The notes: a model not told the origin generated them from the letters alone. A stretch of DNA of 51,502 nucleotides from a virus (IMGVR_UViG_3300042991_000788:1-51502); one strand, 5' to 3'. Positions 1 through 8,341 are shown, numbered from the stretch's first letter. Numbers and translations are program-made.

Positions 1-589
1 CAACGATAGAATTATCTAGCACTTCCTCGATGCTAGAATTTTCTAGCATCCCCCTGACACTGGAATTCCCCCGCATTTTTCCAATGCTAGACTTTTCTAG
101 CATTTTCAGAACGCTGGAATGCCCTAGCATTTCCCCAACGCTAGAATTATCTAGCATTTCCCCAATGCTAGAATTTCCTAGCATTTCCTCGATGCTAGAA
201 TGTCCCAGCATTTTTCTAATGCTGGAATTTTCCTGCATTTCTCCGACACTGGAATTAAAAATTAACTTATAATTCCCAGTGAGGAATTCTATCCTTTTAT
301 TTATCAAAACGCATACATTAATTTGCTTCTTAAGTTCTGAAATCATTCGGATTTCAGATACTTTTCGATTAAACCATCCCGGGATCAGGTCTTGATCCAC
401 CTTAAGATGCCATTTTTTTATGGCATCCGTTATGATGCCATCGTCCGGCAATAATTCAACCCGGACAAAATCAGGGGTATTCGTAGTGTCATCTAACCCA
501 TTTTCTTTTATTAAACCTTCATGGGAATCATGTACCGATGACACAAGGCAATTCTCCCTTGTTATGATTCCACTTAAAAAATTACACAT
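1..589 (-). CDS. Phage protein with C-terminal 9-aa repeats (likely beta-helix); runs off the window edge
   Basis: Not in the ORF track. ATG at 589 with GGAG upstream; reads MCNFLSGIITRENCLVSSVHDSHEGLIKE...NSSVGEMQE NSSIRKMLG HSSIEEMLG... with no stop before position 1. Confidence 0.85.
   Translation of the reverse strand, partial: MCNFLSGIITRENCLVSSVHDSHEGLIKENGLDDTTNTPDFVRVELLPDDGIITDAIKKWHLKVDQDLIPGWFNRKVSEIRMISELKKQINVCVLINKRIEFLTGNYKLIFNSSVGEMQENSSIRKMLGHSSIEEMLGNSSIGEMLDNSSVGEMLGHSSVLKMLEKSSIGKMRGNSSVRGMLENSSIEEVLDNSIV
5..256. repeat. Degenerate 27-bp tandem repeat (~9 units) encoding NSS(I/V)xEMLx
   Basis: Recurring ctagaatt..ctagcat units at 27-nt period. Confidence 0.9.
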
Positions 590-620
590 TTCGTCTCCTA
601 TAAAAATAAAAATACATTGA

Positions 621-1379
621 TTATTTTAATGCTTCCAATTCAGTCTCAAGCCTGGAGATCAATATCGATTTGTTTTTTATTTCGCGCTCAAGGTCTTGCA
701 TTTTGCGATGCCTCCATTCATATACTTTTTGAGCGTCAAGCTTAATGTCGTAAGCTTCTGCAATGTTTATAATATCCTGGCTTACGGGGTATGTTTTTAC
801 GCTTTCAATAAATTTAGAGAAAGCGTCTTCATAATTGGTGAATGGGGTAAATATTTCTGTACCCCCAGAACCATCATAATACTGATGCAGTCTAAAACAT
901 AGACTTCCGTCATCTTCTCCAAAAAGAGATAATAATCTCAATTTGGATGGGTTAAAATCACTCGCCCTAAAAAATTCTTTCCATGTCAATAACATCGGAA
1001 CACTATAATGTTTAATGACTACATGGGTAAAATTCCCTGTTAAAAAATTAACGACTTTGACAAAACTTTCTGGGGAAACATTTTTTAAAGCTTTTGCAGC
1101 GTATTCAATTTTAGCCTTCAAAAGGTTATGTTTTATCAAAAGCTTATCATTTAACTTTTCGTATTCATCTCGTTTATAATCATACATTATTTTCCATTGT
1201 TCCATTTCTTTCTCACGCCATGAAACAACAGGGCTATTATATAAAGAGGTTACGATAAAGTTTTCACCTGATGGAATTTCTTTCCCCTCAGAAATAAAAA
1301 TTTCTTGGACAATGAATTGTTTATTCAGCTCGCCGATAATAACTACCTTTCTATTGTCTGATGTGTATTTTGTTTCCAT
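621..1379 (-). CDS. Hypothetical phage protein (paralog of 49418..50179)
   Basis: 252 aa ORF, AGGAG RBS, near-identical partner at right end. Confidence 0.85.
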   Translation of the reverse strand: METKYTSDNRKVVIIGELNKQFIVQEIFISEGKEIPSGENFIVTSLYNSPVVSWREKEMEQWKIMYDYKRDEYEKLNDKLLIKHNLLKAKIEYAAKALKNVSPESFVKVVNFLTGNFTHVVIKHYSVPMLLTWKEFFRASDFNPSKLRLLSLFGEDDGSLCFRLHQYYDGSGGTEIFTPFTNYEDAFSKFIESVKTYPVSQDIINIAEAYDIKLDAQKVYEWRHRKMQDLEREIKNKSILISRLETELEALK

Positions 1380-1419
1380 TCGCAGCTCCTATAAAAATAA
1401 AAATACCCAATGAATTGAA

Positions 1420-1947
1420 TTATTCTTTTACTCGCTCCTGACAAGCGTTTAATTTTTTGACATAAGATGCAATCTTTTTTTCTGCATCTTTAATTTGCCG
1501 TTTATACCAACCTACGTTCCAGGAATAAGATTTTAATTTGTCCTGCTTTATAAATTCGGCTTTTGTATAATCATTTTTTTCACGCTCTGCGATTAATATC
1601 TCGCAGTATTCTAATGCTTCAGCTTCAGTCTCATATGCGTGTTTACTTTCAATTAAATAATTAGTATCAAAAATATACTGGACATTTATTTCTGCCAAAG
1701 TCGCTTCAAACTTAACACTTTCAATCATAACCCGCTGAACCGATTTCACGTATTCATTTTCGAATACGTATCCTGTCGGGATGAAATTATTCACGCAATA
1801 AGTACATCCCGGGTAAACCTTTTCGTCATTACCCAGAATTAAGGTAATTTGTTTTTTTCCATAGCAAACCGGACAAACCTTTGTAACTATGTTTAGTTCA
1901 TATCTTGCTATCCAAACATAGTCACCAACCATTTTAATTTCTTGCAT
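1420..1947 (-). CDS. Hypothetical protein with CxxC...CxxC zinc finger (paralog of 50220..50747)
   Basis: CPVCYGKK and CTYC motifs; AGGAG RBS. Confidence 0.8.
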   Translation of the reverse strand: MQEIKMVGDYVWIARYELNIVTKVCPVCYGKKQITLILGNDEKVYPGCTYCVNNFIPTGYVFENEYVKSVQRVMIESVKFEATLAEINVQYIFDTNYLIESKHAYETEAEALEYCEILIAEREKNDYTKAEFIKQDKLKSYSWNVGWYKRQIKDAEKKIASYVKKLNACQERVKE

Positions 1948-2013
1948 ATCAGGCTCCTTTTAAAAAAATACCTGGTGAATTTCATTTGTTTACATGAATA
2001 CCTAATTTTTATA

Positions 2014-2382
2014 CTACAAGTCTGGGATATCACACCAGTACTTTACCCGCCACATAATTATTCCATTATCAGCCTCCATCCTTGTGCGCCAATTGACCCC
2101 ATCCCAAAAAGCACAACCTCCGTGAATGAAGACTGTTTTATTTAGTTCAGGTTTTATGATGTCCGCATCGTTTTTTAAACTTATAATTTTTTCTGGTGGT
2201 GCTGGGGTAAACGGTGGCATTTCTACTGCACCGCAAAGACATTTGAAGGAGTACGACGTACTTAAACCTGGCATGAAAGGATGTACTTTGCAAACCCAAT
2301 CGTTTACAGTATTCCACTGTTTTTCACCTGTGGCGTACTGTCTTAATTTGTTAAGCCATTCAAGAACTTCTGCTTGTTTCAT
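2014..2382 (-). CDS. Hypothetical protein
   Basis: 122 aa ORF with GGAG RBS in the minus-strand gene run. Confidence 0.7.
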   Translation of the reverse strand: MKQAEVLEWLNKLRQYATGEKQWNTVNDWVCKVHPFMPGLSTSYSFKCLCGAVEMPPFTPAPPEKIISLKNDADIIKPELNKTVFIHGGCAFWDGVNWRTRMEADNGIIMWRVKYWCDIPDL

Positions 2383-2406
2383 GTTTTCTCCAGATAAAAT
2401 TAAAGA

Positions 2407-2661
2407 TTAATTACTTCCTGTGGTTTTAACTACTGTAACTTTTGTTGGTTTAGATTTAGATAATACTCCAATGATCGTTCGGTAAGACCAGTAGGGTAAA
2501 TTCTTGGCCTCAACTTTTGAAGGTTCAATTAGTCCTTCCTGAAGACAGGTGTTGATGGCTGCATCTCCTGTAAGACCATCGTGACCTATTTCGGGTGGTT
2601 TCTCGTTGTTGTTATTGTTACCACTATCTCCAATATTGCCATTGTCACTAAAATTAAACAT
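2407..2661 (-). CDS. Hypothetical protein, Asn/Gly-rich N-terminus
   Basis: 84 aa, AGGAGG RBS. Confidence 0.65.
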   Translation of the reverse strand: MFNFSDNGNIGDSGNNNNNEKPPEIGHDGLTGDAAINTCLQEGLIEPSKVEAKNLPYWSYRTIIGVLSKSKPTKVTVVKTTGSN

Positions 2662-2701
2662 TGTTACCTCCTATTTATTTTATATTTGTAAGAATTACAA
2701 A

Positions 2702-3118
2702 TTATTTATGTGTATTTAGTAAAGGTAGGTTAGTCCTCCCTCTCTTTTTTATTGCAATAATATTCATTTGACATAAAAGGATAAGTAGGTTTTCTAAATC
2801 TTTCTTAACTATATCGAACATAGGATAATCTCTTTTAAGAAAAAAAAGAATTTCATCTAAATCTTTGGAGTCAATCATCCAACCATTTATAAGGTCAAAC
2901 AAATTTGCATATTTAACTTGTCTTACTTCTTCCTTTTCTTCAAAGTTGTGAGTATTTTTATTAGCATTAAAATCTTCAGATACCTGGTCTATAAGCTTAC
3001 AGTAACGCCAAAATATACGAACAAAAGGCGTCCATTTATAGCCATTCCAGTAAATTCGTTTTCTTATAAAAATTGGCCCACTTGCTGTTTGCCATATTCC
3101 AAATGAAATCCAGAGCAT
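2702..3118 (-). CDS. Hypothetical protein; C-terminal half paralogous to 3196..3567
   Basis: Shared F(N/D)ANKxTxxFEEKxEVxQxxYAxLxDLxxGWxIDxKxLDEILF...QMNII segment. Confidence 0.75.
   Translation of the reverse strand: MLWISFGIWQTASGPIFIRKRIYWNGYKWTPFVRIFWRYCKLIDQVSEDFNANKNTHNFEEKEEVRQVKYANLFDLINGWMIDSKDLDEILFFLKRDYPMFDIVKKDLENLLILLCQMNIIAIKKRGRTNLPLLNTHK
2706..2728. promoter_or_regulatory. 23-bp palindrome family, degenerate copy 1
   Basis: TTATGTGTA TTTAG TAAAGGTAG. Confidence 0.6.
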
Positions 3119-3171
3119 TTAATTTTTCTCCTATTATTTTACGTTTGTAAAGGTTAATTAATATAGATTAT

Positions 3172-3194
3172 CTGTGTGTATTTAGTACACATAG
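3172..3194. promoter_or_regulatory. 23-bp palindrome family, copy 2
   Basis: CTGTGTGTA TTTAG TACACATAG. Confidence 0.9.
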
Positions 3195-3195
3195 A

Positions 3196-3567
3196 TTAAT
3201 CCTTTCTTCTTTCTATCATAATAATATTCATTTGGGATAAGAGAAGAAGTAAGTCTTCAAGATCTTCTTTATCCAGGGTTAACATAGGAAAAATTCTATT
3301 AAGGGAGAAGAGAATTTCATCTAAATTTTTAGGGTCAATAGTCCAACCATCAAAAAGGTCAGTTAAACTTGCGTATCTAATTTGTTTTACTTCTTTCTTT
3401 TCTTCAAAGTCGTAAGTATCTTTATTAGCATCAAAACTTTCAGGTATTTGGTCTGTAACACAATCACAAAGGAGTGTTTCAATAGCCCAGGGTTCGTGTA
3501 TTTGCTGGTATTCTCCTGTACCTCCACAGAACTTACAGTTTGGTTTTGGTTTTAAATGATAGTTCAT
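3196..3567 (-). CDS. Hypothetical protein with N-terminal CxxCxGxG zinc ribbon
   Basis: CKFCGGTG...CDC; AGGAG RBS. Confidence 0.75.
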   Translation of the reverse strand: MNYHLKPKPNCKFCGGTGEYQQIHEPWAIETLLCDCVTDQIPESFDANKDTYDFEEKKEVKQIRYASLTDLFDGWTIDPKNLDEILFSLNRIFPMLTLDKEDLEDLLLLLSQMNIIMIERRKD

Positions 3568-3610
3568 TTTAACTCCTTTTTAGTATAAGGTATTATTTAA
3601 TCTTTAGTAT

Positions 3611-3643
3611 AAAAGCGCCATGCTTTTTTATGCTTGGCGCTCT
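3611..3643 (-). terminator. Possible intrinsic terminator
   Basis: AGCGCCA...TGGCGCT stem followed by a short T tract on the minus strand. Confidence 0.45.
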
Positions 3644-3665
3644 TGATTTAATTCTTTTTTTGAGG

Positions 3666-3929
3666 TTAATATATATACCCTTCATAAGTATCCTCAAAAA
3701 AGCGAGCAATCTTATACCCTACATTACCCAATGTCGGACCTGTTATGGTTGGACAATAGAGATATTTGACTCCGCCTATTTCGTGTTCGTGGTTTAATAA
3801 ATCCACTTCATCTATGATGACTGCACCTTTGAGAGAATCTTTACCGTATTCTTCTACGGTTTCTCTAATTGCTTTGCAGATAAAATCAAAATAATTAATT
3901 AGTTCTTCTGGGTATTCTGATTGAGACAT
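3666..3929 (-). CDS. Small acidic hypothetical protein
   Basis: 87 aa, AGGAGG RBS. Confidence 0.7.
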   Translation of the reverse strand: MSQSEYPEELINYFDFICKAIRETVEEYGKDSLKGAVIIDEVDLLNHEHEIGGVKYLYCPTITGPTLGNVGYKIARFFEDTYEGYIY

Positions 3930-3930
3930 T

Positions 3931-4254
3931 TTATTTTTCCTCCTTCTTTATGTACCCGTTTTGTACTGCCCACATATCTAATTCTTTCCAGCCAAACACA
4001 TTATCTACATCCAGGTACGTGGTAATATAATCTATGATATCATTATCACTGAATACATTACTTACTTCCATTGTTTTACCAACATAATCTCTAATGGTAT
4101 CATCATCAAATATTTGGTCCACAGTAAATGTATTCTCCACGTATTCTTTTATATCTTCTTGATGATAAACATCTCCTGGTGATACCTCATCACCAATCCA
4201 GTCTAAAATTCTTTGGTAAAACGCGTTACTAAAATCCTGTTCTAATCTGTTCAT
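3931..4254 (-). CDS. Acidic protein with ~19-aa internal repeats
   Basis: DQIFDDDTIRDYVGKTMEV / SNVFSDNDIIDYITTYLDV-type units; GGAGG RBS. Confidence 0.75.
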   Translation of the reverse strand: MNRLEQDFSNAFYQRILDWIGDEVSPGDVYHQEDIKEYVENTFTVDQIFDDDTIRDYVGKTMEVSNVFSDNDIIDYITTYLDVDNVFGWKELDMWAVQNGYIKKEEK

Positions 4255-4303
4255 TTTAAACCTCCAAAGTAAATTTAAATTACAATTAATTAAACAAACT
4301 TAG

Positions 4304-4376
4304 TACCCTCATTGAGATTCGAACTCAAAACCTATTGCTTAGAAGGCAATTGCTCTATCCATTGAGCTATAAGGGT
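4304..4376 (-). tRNA. tRNA-Arg(TCT)
   Basis: ACCCTTA/TGAGGGT acceptor, AGCTCAATGGATAGAGC D arm, ATTGC-CTTCTAA-GCAAT anticodon arm, TTCGAAT T loop; CCA not encoded. Confidence 0.9.
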
Positions 4377-4384
4377 AACCTTGA

Positions 4385-4558
4385 TTATTTTTTAGCTTTC
4401 CAAGATAATAATTCTCTTTTAATTATCTCAATAGACCAGTTTCTTGAAGCAAAGATGTATTTATTAAGGATACCGTTGATTGTGATTATACCTTTAGTCC
4501 TGCTAAAGCCTAAGGAAGAACTAAAAGTTATTAAATCTTCCATTTCTTGTTGTGTCAT
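4385..4558 (-). CDS. Small hypothetical protein (57 aa)
   Basis: Below ORF-track cutoff; MTQQEMEDLITF..., AGGAG RBS. Confidence 0.45.
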   Translation of the reverse strand: MTQQEMEDLITFSSSLGFSRTKGIITINGILNKYIFASRNWSIEIIKRELLSWKAKK

Positions 4559-4832
4559 TGTTTTCTCTCCTTAGAAAATTTAAAGTTTGTATGTATATTT
4601 CTGGAGAACTAAAGTCAGTTTGATAAAGGTATAATGTTCCTTTACCTGTTTTTAAGGTTATAGTATTGTTTTCAGTCCTATATGCTACCAGATAAGTTTC
4701 ATCTGAGGAAAAAAACTGATGGATTAGATTAGCTGAGATTACTATTGTTATGACTGAAATGATAATTAAAAAGAAAAAGATTAAAACATGTAGTCCTTTA
4801 GGGTATTTGTTTATTTTAATGTAAGCTTCCAT
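4521..4832 (-). CDS. Single-pass membrane protein
   Basis: Hydrophobic LHVLIFFFLIIISVITIVISANLI; AGGAGG RBS. Confidence 0.7.
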   Translation of the reverse strand: MEAYIKINKYPKGLHVLIFFFLIIISVITIVISANLIHQFFSSDETYLVAYRTENNTITLKTGKGTLYLYQTDFSSPEIYIQTLNFLRRENNDTTRNGRFNNF

Positions 4833-4858
4833 GTTATACCTCCTAGGAAAGGAAGATT

Positions 4859-5158
4859 CTACTCAGGATTAGTAGATAAGGTAGCTGGAATTTGTTTTAA
4901 TGCTGCATTACATTTTTGCACAGCAATTTTTTCTATTGTTGTCTGAATTACCCGTAAAAATGAAATTAATTCAGCAGAAGGCTCAAATTTATTTGAATCC
5001 ATTTGCCAGGATTCATTTGAAAGTCTGAACTCAGCAATTTTAATATTCCCTGAGAGGAGAGAAAGGGTAGCTGCGATAGTAACCAACCCAAGTGAGTTAA
5101 ATGAGACGTAAATGGAAAAAAGTTCAGCTTGGTTAATGTTGATATCTATATTGTCCAT
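4859..5158 (-). CDS. Hypothetical protein
   Basis: 99 aa, AGGAG RBS. Confidence 0.7.
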   Translation of the reverse strand: MDNIDININQAELFSIYVSFNSLGLVTIAATLSLLSGNIKIAEFRLSNESWQMDSNKFEPSAELISFLRVIQTTIEKIAVQKCNAALKQIPATLSTNPE

Positions 5159-5199
5159 GTTTTTACTCCTTTGTTCTTGTTAAGAAAAATTATTAAAGA

Positions 5200-5264
5200 T
5201 GAAGCAGGGGAAGCACAAATCCCCTTTGGATTTAACTATTAGTTATTTAATATCCCCTGCTTCA
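5200..5264. other. Structured intergenic element (12-bp closing stem, two inner hairpins)
   Basis: TGAAGCAGGGGA...TCCCCTGCTTCA enclosing AAATCC/GGATTT and TAACT/AGTTA. Confidence 0.55.
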
Positions 5265-5297
5265 AGGTATTATTCTTTTACTTGTATTGAATTGAGG

Positions 5298-5696
5298 TTA
5301 CTTTTTTAAAGTAATCCATTTGCTAACATCATGGCTTACCAGACCAGTTTCCTTGTTTTCTTTCTGTACTACCATTCCCCAACCAGTTAAACCTCGCCAT
5401 TCGGGGGGATTACCTGGGTCACTTGGAGTTAAACCAAAAGCTTCCAGAAAGTGCTTAAGGTTTAATTTCATAAAGTATTTAGTGTTGGGCGCATCAGTGT
5501 CCAGGGGAAGGGATAAATTCAAATATACTGGCTGCGCTCCAGGCATTTCGTTAATGTCACAAGTAACCTTCAGAATTTCTCTGGAAGAAGATTTACTTGG
5601 TACAATTTGTGCTCCTGTGATTTTTAATTCATACTCTCCAGGTTGTACCAGGGAAGGTTCTAACACTTCATCTAAATGCAAGTCTAATAAAGACAT
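5298..5696 (-). CDS. DUF669-like single-stranded DNA-binding protein
   Basis: PGEYELKITGA...LKHFLEAFG pattern; follows the AAA_24 ATPase as in Sak4 modules. Confidence 0.7.
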   Translation of the reverse strand: MSLLDLHLDEVLEPSLVQPGEYELKITGAQIVPSKSSSREILKVTCDINEMPGAQPVYLNLSLPLDTDAPNTKYFMKLNLKHFLEAFGLTPSDPGNPPEWRGLTGWGMVVQKENKETGLVSHDVSKWITLKK

Positions 5697-5727
5697 TTAA
5701 TACTCCTTTTGTTAATGTTAGTGGTAT

Positions 5728-5750
5728 CTATGTGTATTTAGTACACACAG
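5728..5750. promoter_or_regulatory. 23-bp palindrome family, copy 3
   Basis: CTATGTGTA TTTAG TACACACAG. Confidence 0.9.
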
Positions 5751-5757
5751 ATGATTG

Positions 5758-6570
5758 TTATTTTTTTACTTCTAAAACTAAAGGGGGTTTATTTTTACTT
5801 TCCAACTGGGCTTTTTCCAGTAATGATTTAATGTTAGGCTCCTCCTTTTGATTTAAGTTTTGGAGTTGTGTACTGGCTGTATACCTACCAGCACTTGATG
5901 TTAGTAATTCGTATTTAACACCTGTTGGTACTCTACTTGTTACACAATGATATTTTTCGCTGAAGAGTTTAGGGATTTTACTTTTTAATCTGTTGTAAGT
6001 ATCAAGTTCTGTAACAATTTCTTCTGTGATTTCGTCTTTTACAGTTACTGTATGAGCAATGTAGATAAAATCACAACCTTGACTACAAGAAATCTTTATG
6101 GTGTCGACTACTGTGTTATAGATTGGAGTGTAATCTTGTATTGCAAGATTTTCTACTCTCTTTTTTTGTGCCATGATGTAATTAGACATTGCTTCAAGCC
6201 AGGTTGTTCCACTATCTATGACATAGGTACCAAAGAAATTAAGAAATCCGGTTTTACAATCTTTTTCCCATTGGTCTGCCCATTTTTTGTATTCTGTAGG
6301 CTTTTTTGAATCTTCTTTTGTGTAGAGTCTTACGAAAAGATTACCCTCTGCCATCATTTGTTTATACTTAGGGTTACTGTGCATTAGGATATAACCCTTT
6401 GTGTCGAACATATCTATTAGGATAGGCGTTCGACCTGTGAGAGCAGTTGAAGTTTTTCCACTACCTGCAAGTCCCATAAGTAGGAATGCTGGTGCTACAT
6501 AAGCTCCGATGAGAGTGGAGTAAGTAGCTTGAATGTCTGAGGCGGTTTTAATAGCTTCTAATCTATCCAT
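5758..6570 (-). CDS. AAA_24 / Sak4-like ATPase (recombinase)
   Basis: Walker A GLAGSGKT, Walker B YVIDS, QDY and IYIAH motifs. Confidence 0.8.
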   Translation of the reverse strand: MDRLEAIKTASDIQATYSTLIGAYVAPAFLLMGLAGSGKTSTALTGRTPILIDMFDTKGYILMHSNPKYKQMMAEGNLFVRLYTKEDSKKPTEYKKWADQWEKDCKTGFLNFFGTYVIDSGTTWLEAMSNYIMAQKKRVENLAIQDYTPIYNTVVDTIKISCSQGCDFIYIAHTVTVKDEITEEIVTELDTYNRLKSKIPKLFSEKYHCVTSRVPTGVKYELLTSSAGRYTASTQLQNLNQKEEPNIKSLLEKAQLESKNKPPLVLEVKK

Positions 6571-6586
6571 TGTTGCTCCTTGCCCT

Positions 6587-7510
6587 TTATGGTGTTTTTA
6601 ATGTTTTAATTACAGGCTGCTTAGTAGGATCCCAGAGTTCTATTATATATCCTTGTGGGACATAGTCTTTTTTTGCTAATGGATTAGGGCGATATATGCA
6701 AAGGTCGTGAAATTCGCATAACCTGTTGTACTGAATGCAGCTTTCTGTATTCTTTCTGAAACATTTCAGATAAGGTTGGTCTAGAGTTGATTTTTCTAAC
6801 TCCTCAAAGTCGTTGTCTATTTGAAGGTAAAGAGCATTAATATCATCTAACCAGGCAAGCATGTCTAAACCTGACTTAGGGATGGATACTCTACGATGCT
6901 CAATTTCTTCCCCCTTTTTCTTTTTAAAGATAGTTCCATCTATAATGACTCCTCCGACTTTATCTGGAGAGTAAAAAGAGTATAGAGTATGAGTGTATGC
7001 AGAAATTTGAAGCTTCTGTAGCCATTGGTCATCCCAATATGACCATAATGCCTTGCTGGTTTTCGTCTCTAAGACGTATATCAAACCATTTTTTTCAATC
7101 AAAGCATCAAGACGACCGTAGAGTAGTTTGTCTTCGTTGATTAAACAAGTGAAACCAATTTCTGTTTCCATGAGGGTTAACTTGTCGTTGGCATACTCAA
7201 GGACGTATTTATAAAGGGCGAGTTCTACTTTTTGTGGTGATTTAGGATCGTAAAACTCATCTGTTTCTATACCATAGTATGGGCGGTATGCTTCAAGAAA
7301 AGCAGTATAAGCTGCTTCAATACCCTGTTGGGAGTAGCCTTTTTGAAGAAGAACTTCCTTTGCTTTGTGAAAAGCTGCTCCAAAGATTAAATCATGTGAG
7401 AGTTCTTTTTGTTTGTAGCCTAAGACGTATTTAAAGAGGTATTGTCTTGGGCATTTTAAATAGGCCTGAAGCTTACTCGAGTCCTGCTTCTTTTGAATTG
7501 TTAGTTCCAT
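6587..7510 (-). CDS. PD-(D/E)xK (RecB/Cas4-like) exonuclease
   Basis: DSSKLQAYLKCPR, FGAAFH, GRLDAL...LETKT, Q...Y, C-terminal Cys cluster. Confidence 0.85.
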   Translation of the reverse strand: MELTIQKKQDSSKLQAYLKCPRQYLFKYVLGYKQKELSHDLIFGAAFHKAKEVLLQKGYSQQGIEAAYTAFLEAYRPYYGIETDEFYDPKSPQKVELALYKYVLEYANDKLTLMETEIGFTCLINEDKLLYGRLDALIEKNGLIYVLETKTSKALWSYWDDQWLQKLQISAYTHTLYSFYSPDKVGGVIIDGTIFKKKKGEEIEHRRVSIPKSGLDMLAWLDDINALYLQIDNDFEELEKSTLDQPYLKCFRKNTESCIQYNRLCEFHDLCIYRPNPLAKKDYVPQGYIIELWDPTKQPVIKTLKTP

Positions 7511-7835
7511 TGTTGTTGTCTCCTAAGTCTGAGGGTAAAAAGTGCTTTAGAGTAAGATTGTATTTGATGTATCTGTCTTTGATATAAAGAAGGACGTTTA
7601 AATCCTGTTTTAATGTTCCAAGTAACCAACCTATGATAAGGTTAGTACTGGCTAAACCTGTGAGAAGAATGTAATCTCCTTTTTTGAAAGTGCTTAATCC
7701 TTTCCAAATTAATCTGGTTTGTAGATTAAGATTGTCCGCATCTATTAGGCCTTCAGTAAGGAAAACTAAGGTGCCGTATTTTTCTGCTTCAGAAAAGTCA
7801 TGAGCACTTTTGTTTACGATGTAGACTTTAGGCAT
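7473..7835 (-). CDS. Hypothetical protein
   Basis: 120 aa, AGGAG RBS. Confidence 0.75.
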   Translation of the reverse strand: MPKVYIVNKSAHDFSEAEKYGTLVFLTEGLIDADNLNLQTRLIWKGLSTFKKGDYILLTGLASTNLIIGWLLGTLKQDLNVLLYIKDRYIKYNLTLKHFLPSDLGDNNNGTNNSKEAGLE

Positions 7836-7837
7836 TT

Positions 7838-8029
7838 TTACTCCTTTTTAAAGGGTTCTGGGTTCATTCCAAATTGAAGCGCATATTTGTTTAATGCTTG
7901 AAGAACGACTTCTTCAATACAGATTACCTCTGGACTGTTTAGACCAGTTGGTCTAAGAAGGATGTAAGAACCGTTGTAAGAAGCATAAACACCATTGGCT
8001 AAATGAGCTTGTTGGTTTTGTTCTGACAT
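7838..8029 (-). CDS. Small hypothetical protein
   Basis: 63 aa, AAGGA RBS. Confidence 0.65.
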   Translation of the reverse strand: MSEQNQQAHLANGVYASYNGSYILLRPTGLNSPEVICIEEVVLQALNKYALQFGMNPEPFKKE

Positions 8030-8031
8030 GG

Positions 8032-8199
8032 TTATTCCTTTTCTTCTACTGGAATAATGTTAAAGGATGTGATTTTTTTACACAGTCCCCAGGTTTTGTT
8101 GATGTAAACTAACATTTCGGCTGGGGTTAGAGGATTACATTTTTGTACCCCATCAGATTTAGGTTTAAGGGCGGTTTCTTTGATTTGGTAAATGGCCAT
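8032..8199 (-). CDS. Small hypothetical protein (55 aa)
   Basis: Below ORF-track cutoff; MAIYQIKETALKPK..., AAGGAG RBS. Confidence 0.5.
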   Translation of the reverse strand: MAIYQIKETALKPKSDGVQKCNPLTPAEMLVYINKTWGLCKKITSFNIIPVEEKE

Positions 8200-8270
8200 T
8201 TTAAAGCTCCTTTGTTGTTTGTTGTTTGTTGTTTGTTGTTTGTATGTTGCCTTATTGCTTGTAGGAAAAA

Positions 8271-8341
8271 TGGGCAGTCAGACAGGATTCGAACCTGTAG
8301 GGGTTAAAGTTTTAGTGTCTACCAATTCCACCACTGACTGC
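8271..8341 (-). ncRNA. tRNA-like RNA with collapsed anticodon arm
   Basis: GCAGTCAG/CTGACTGC stem plus CCA, Leu-type D arm GTGGAATTGGTAGACAC, perfect T arm ACAGG-TTCGAAT-CCTGT, only ~16 nt between D and T arms. Confidence 0.7.

Larger units (their letters stand above)
618..1982. repeat. Left copy of diverged ~1.37 kb direct repeat
   Basis: Matches 49415..50783 with scattered substitutions and a 3-nt indel; identical over 1041..1169. Confidence 0.95.

Noticed and set aside
5-256. CRISPR array or DGR variable repeat
   Set aside because: Contiguous 27-bp coding repeats without spacers; no cas or reverse transcriptase gene seen
30-272. Plus-strand 80-aa repetitive ORF
   Set aside because: Antisense shadow of the minus-strand repeat gene starting at 589, which has an RBS and a unique N-terminal domain
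618-1982. True terminal repeat or DGR template/variable pair
   Set aside because: Copies differ at many positions, differences are not adenine-specific, and unique sequence lies outside both copies
6587-7510. CRISPR-associated Cas4
   Set aside because: Context is an exonuclease-ATPase-SSB recombination module; no array or other cas genes
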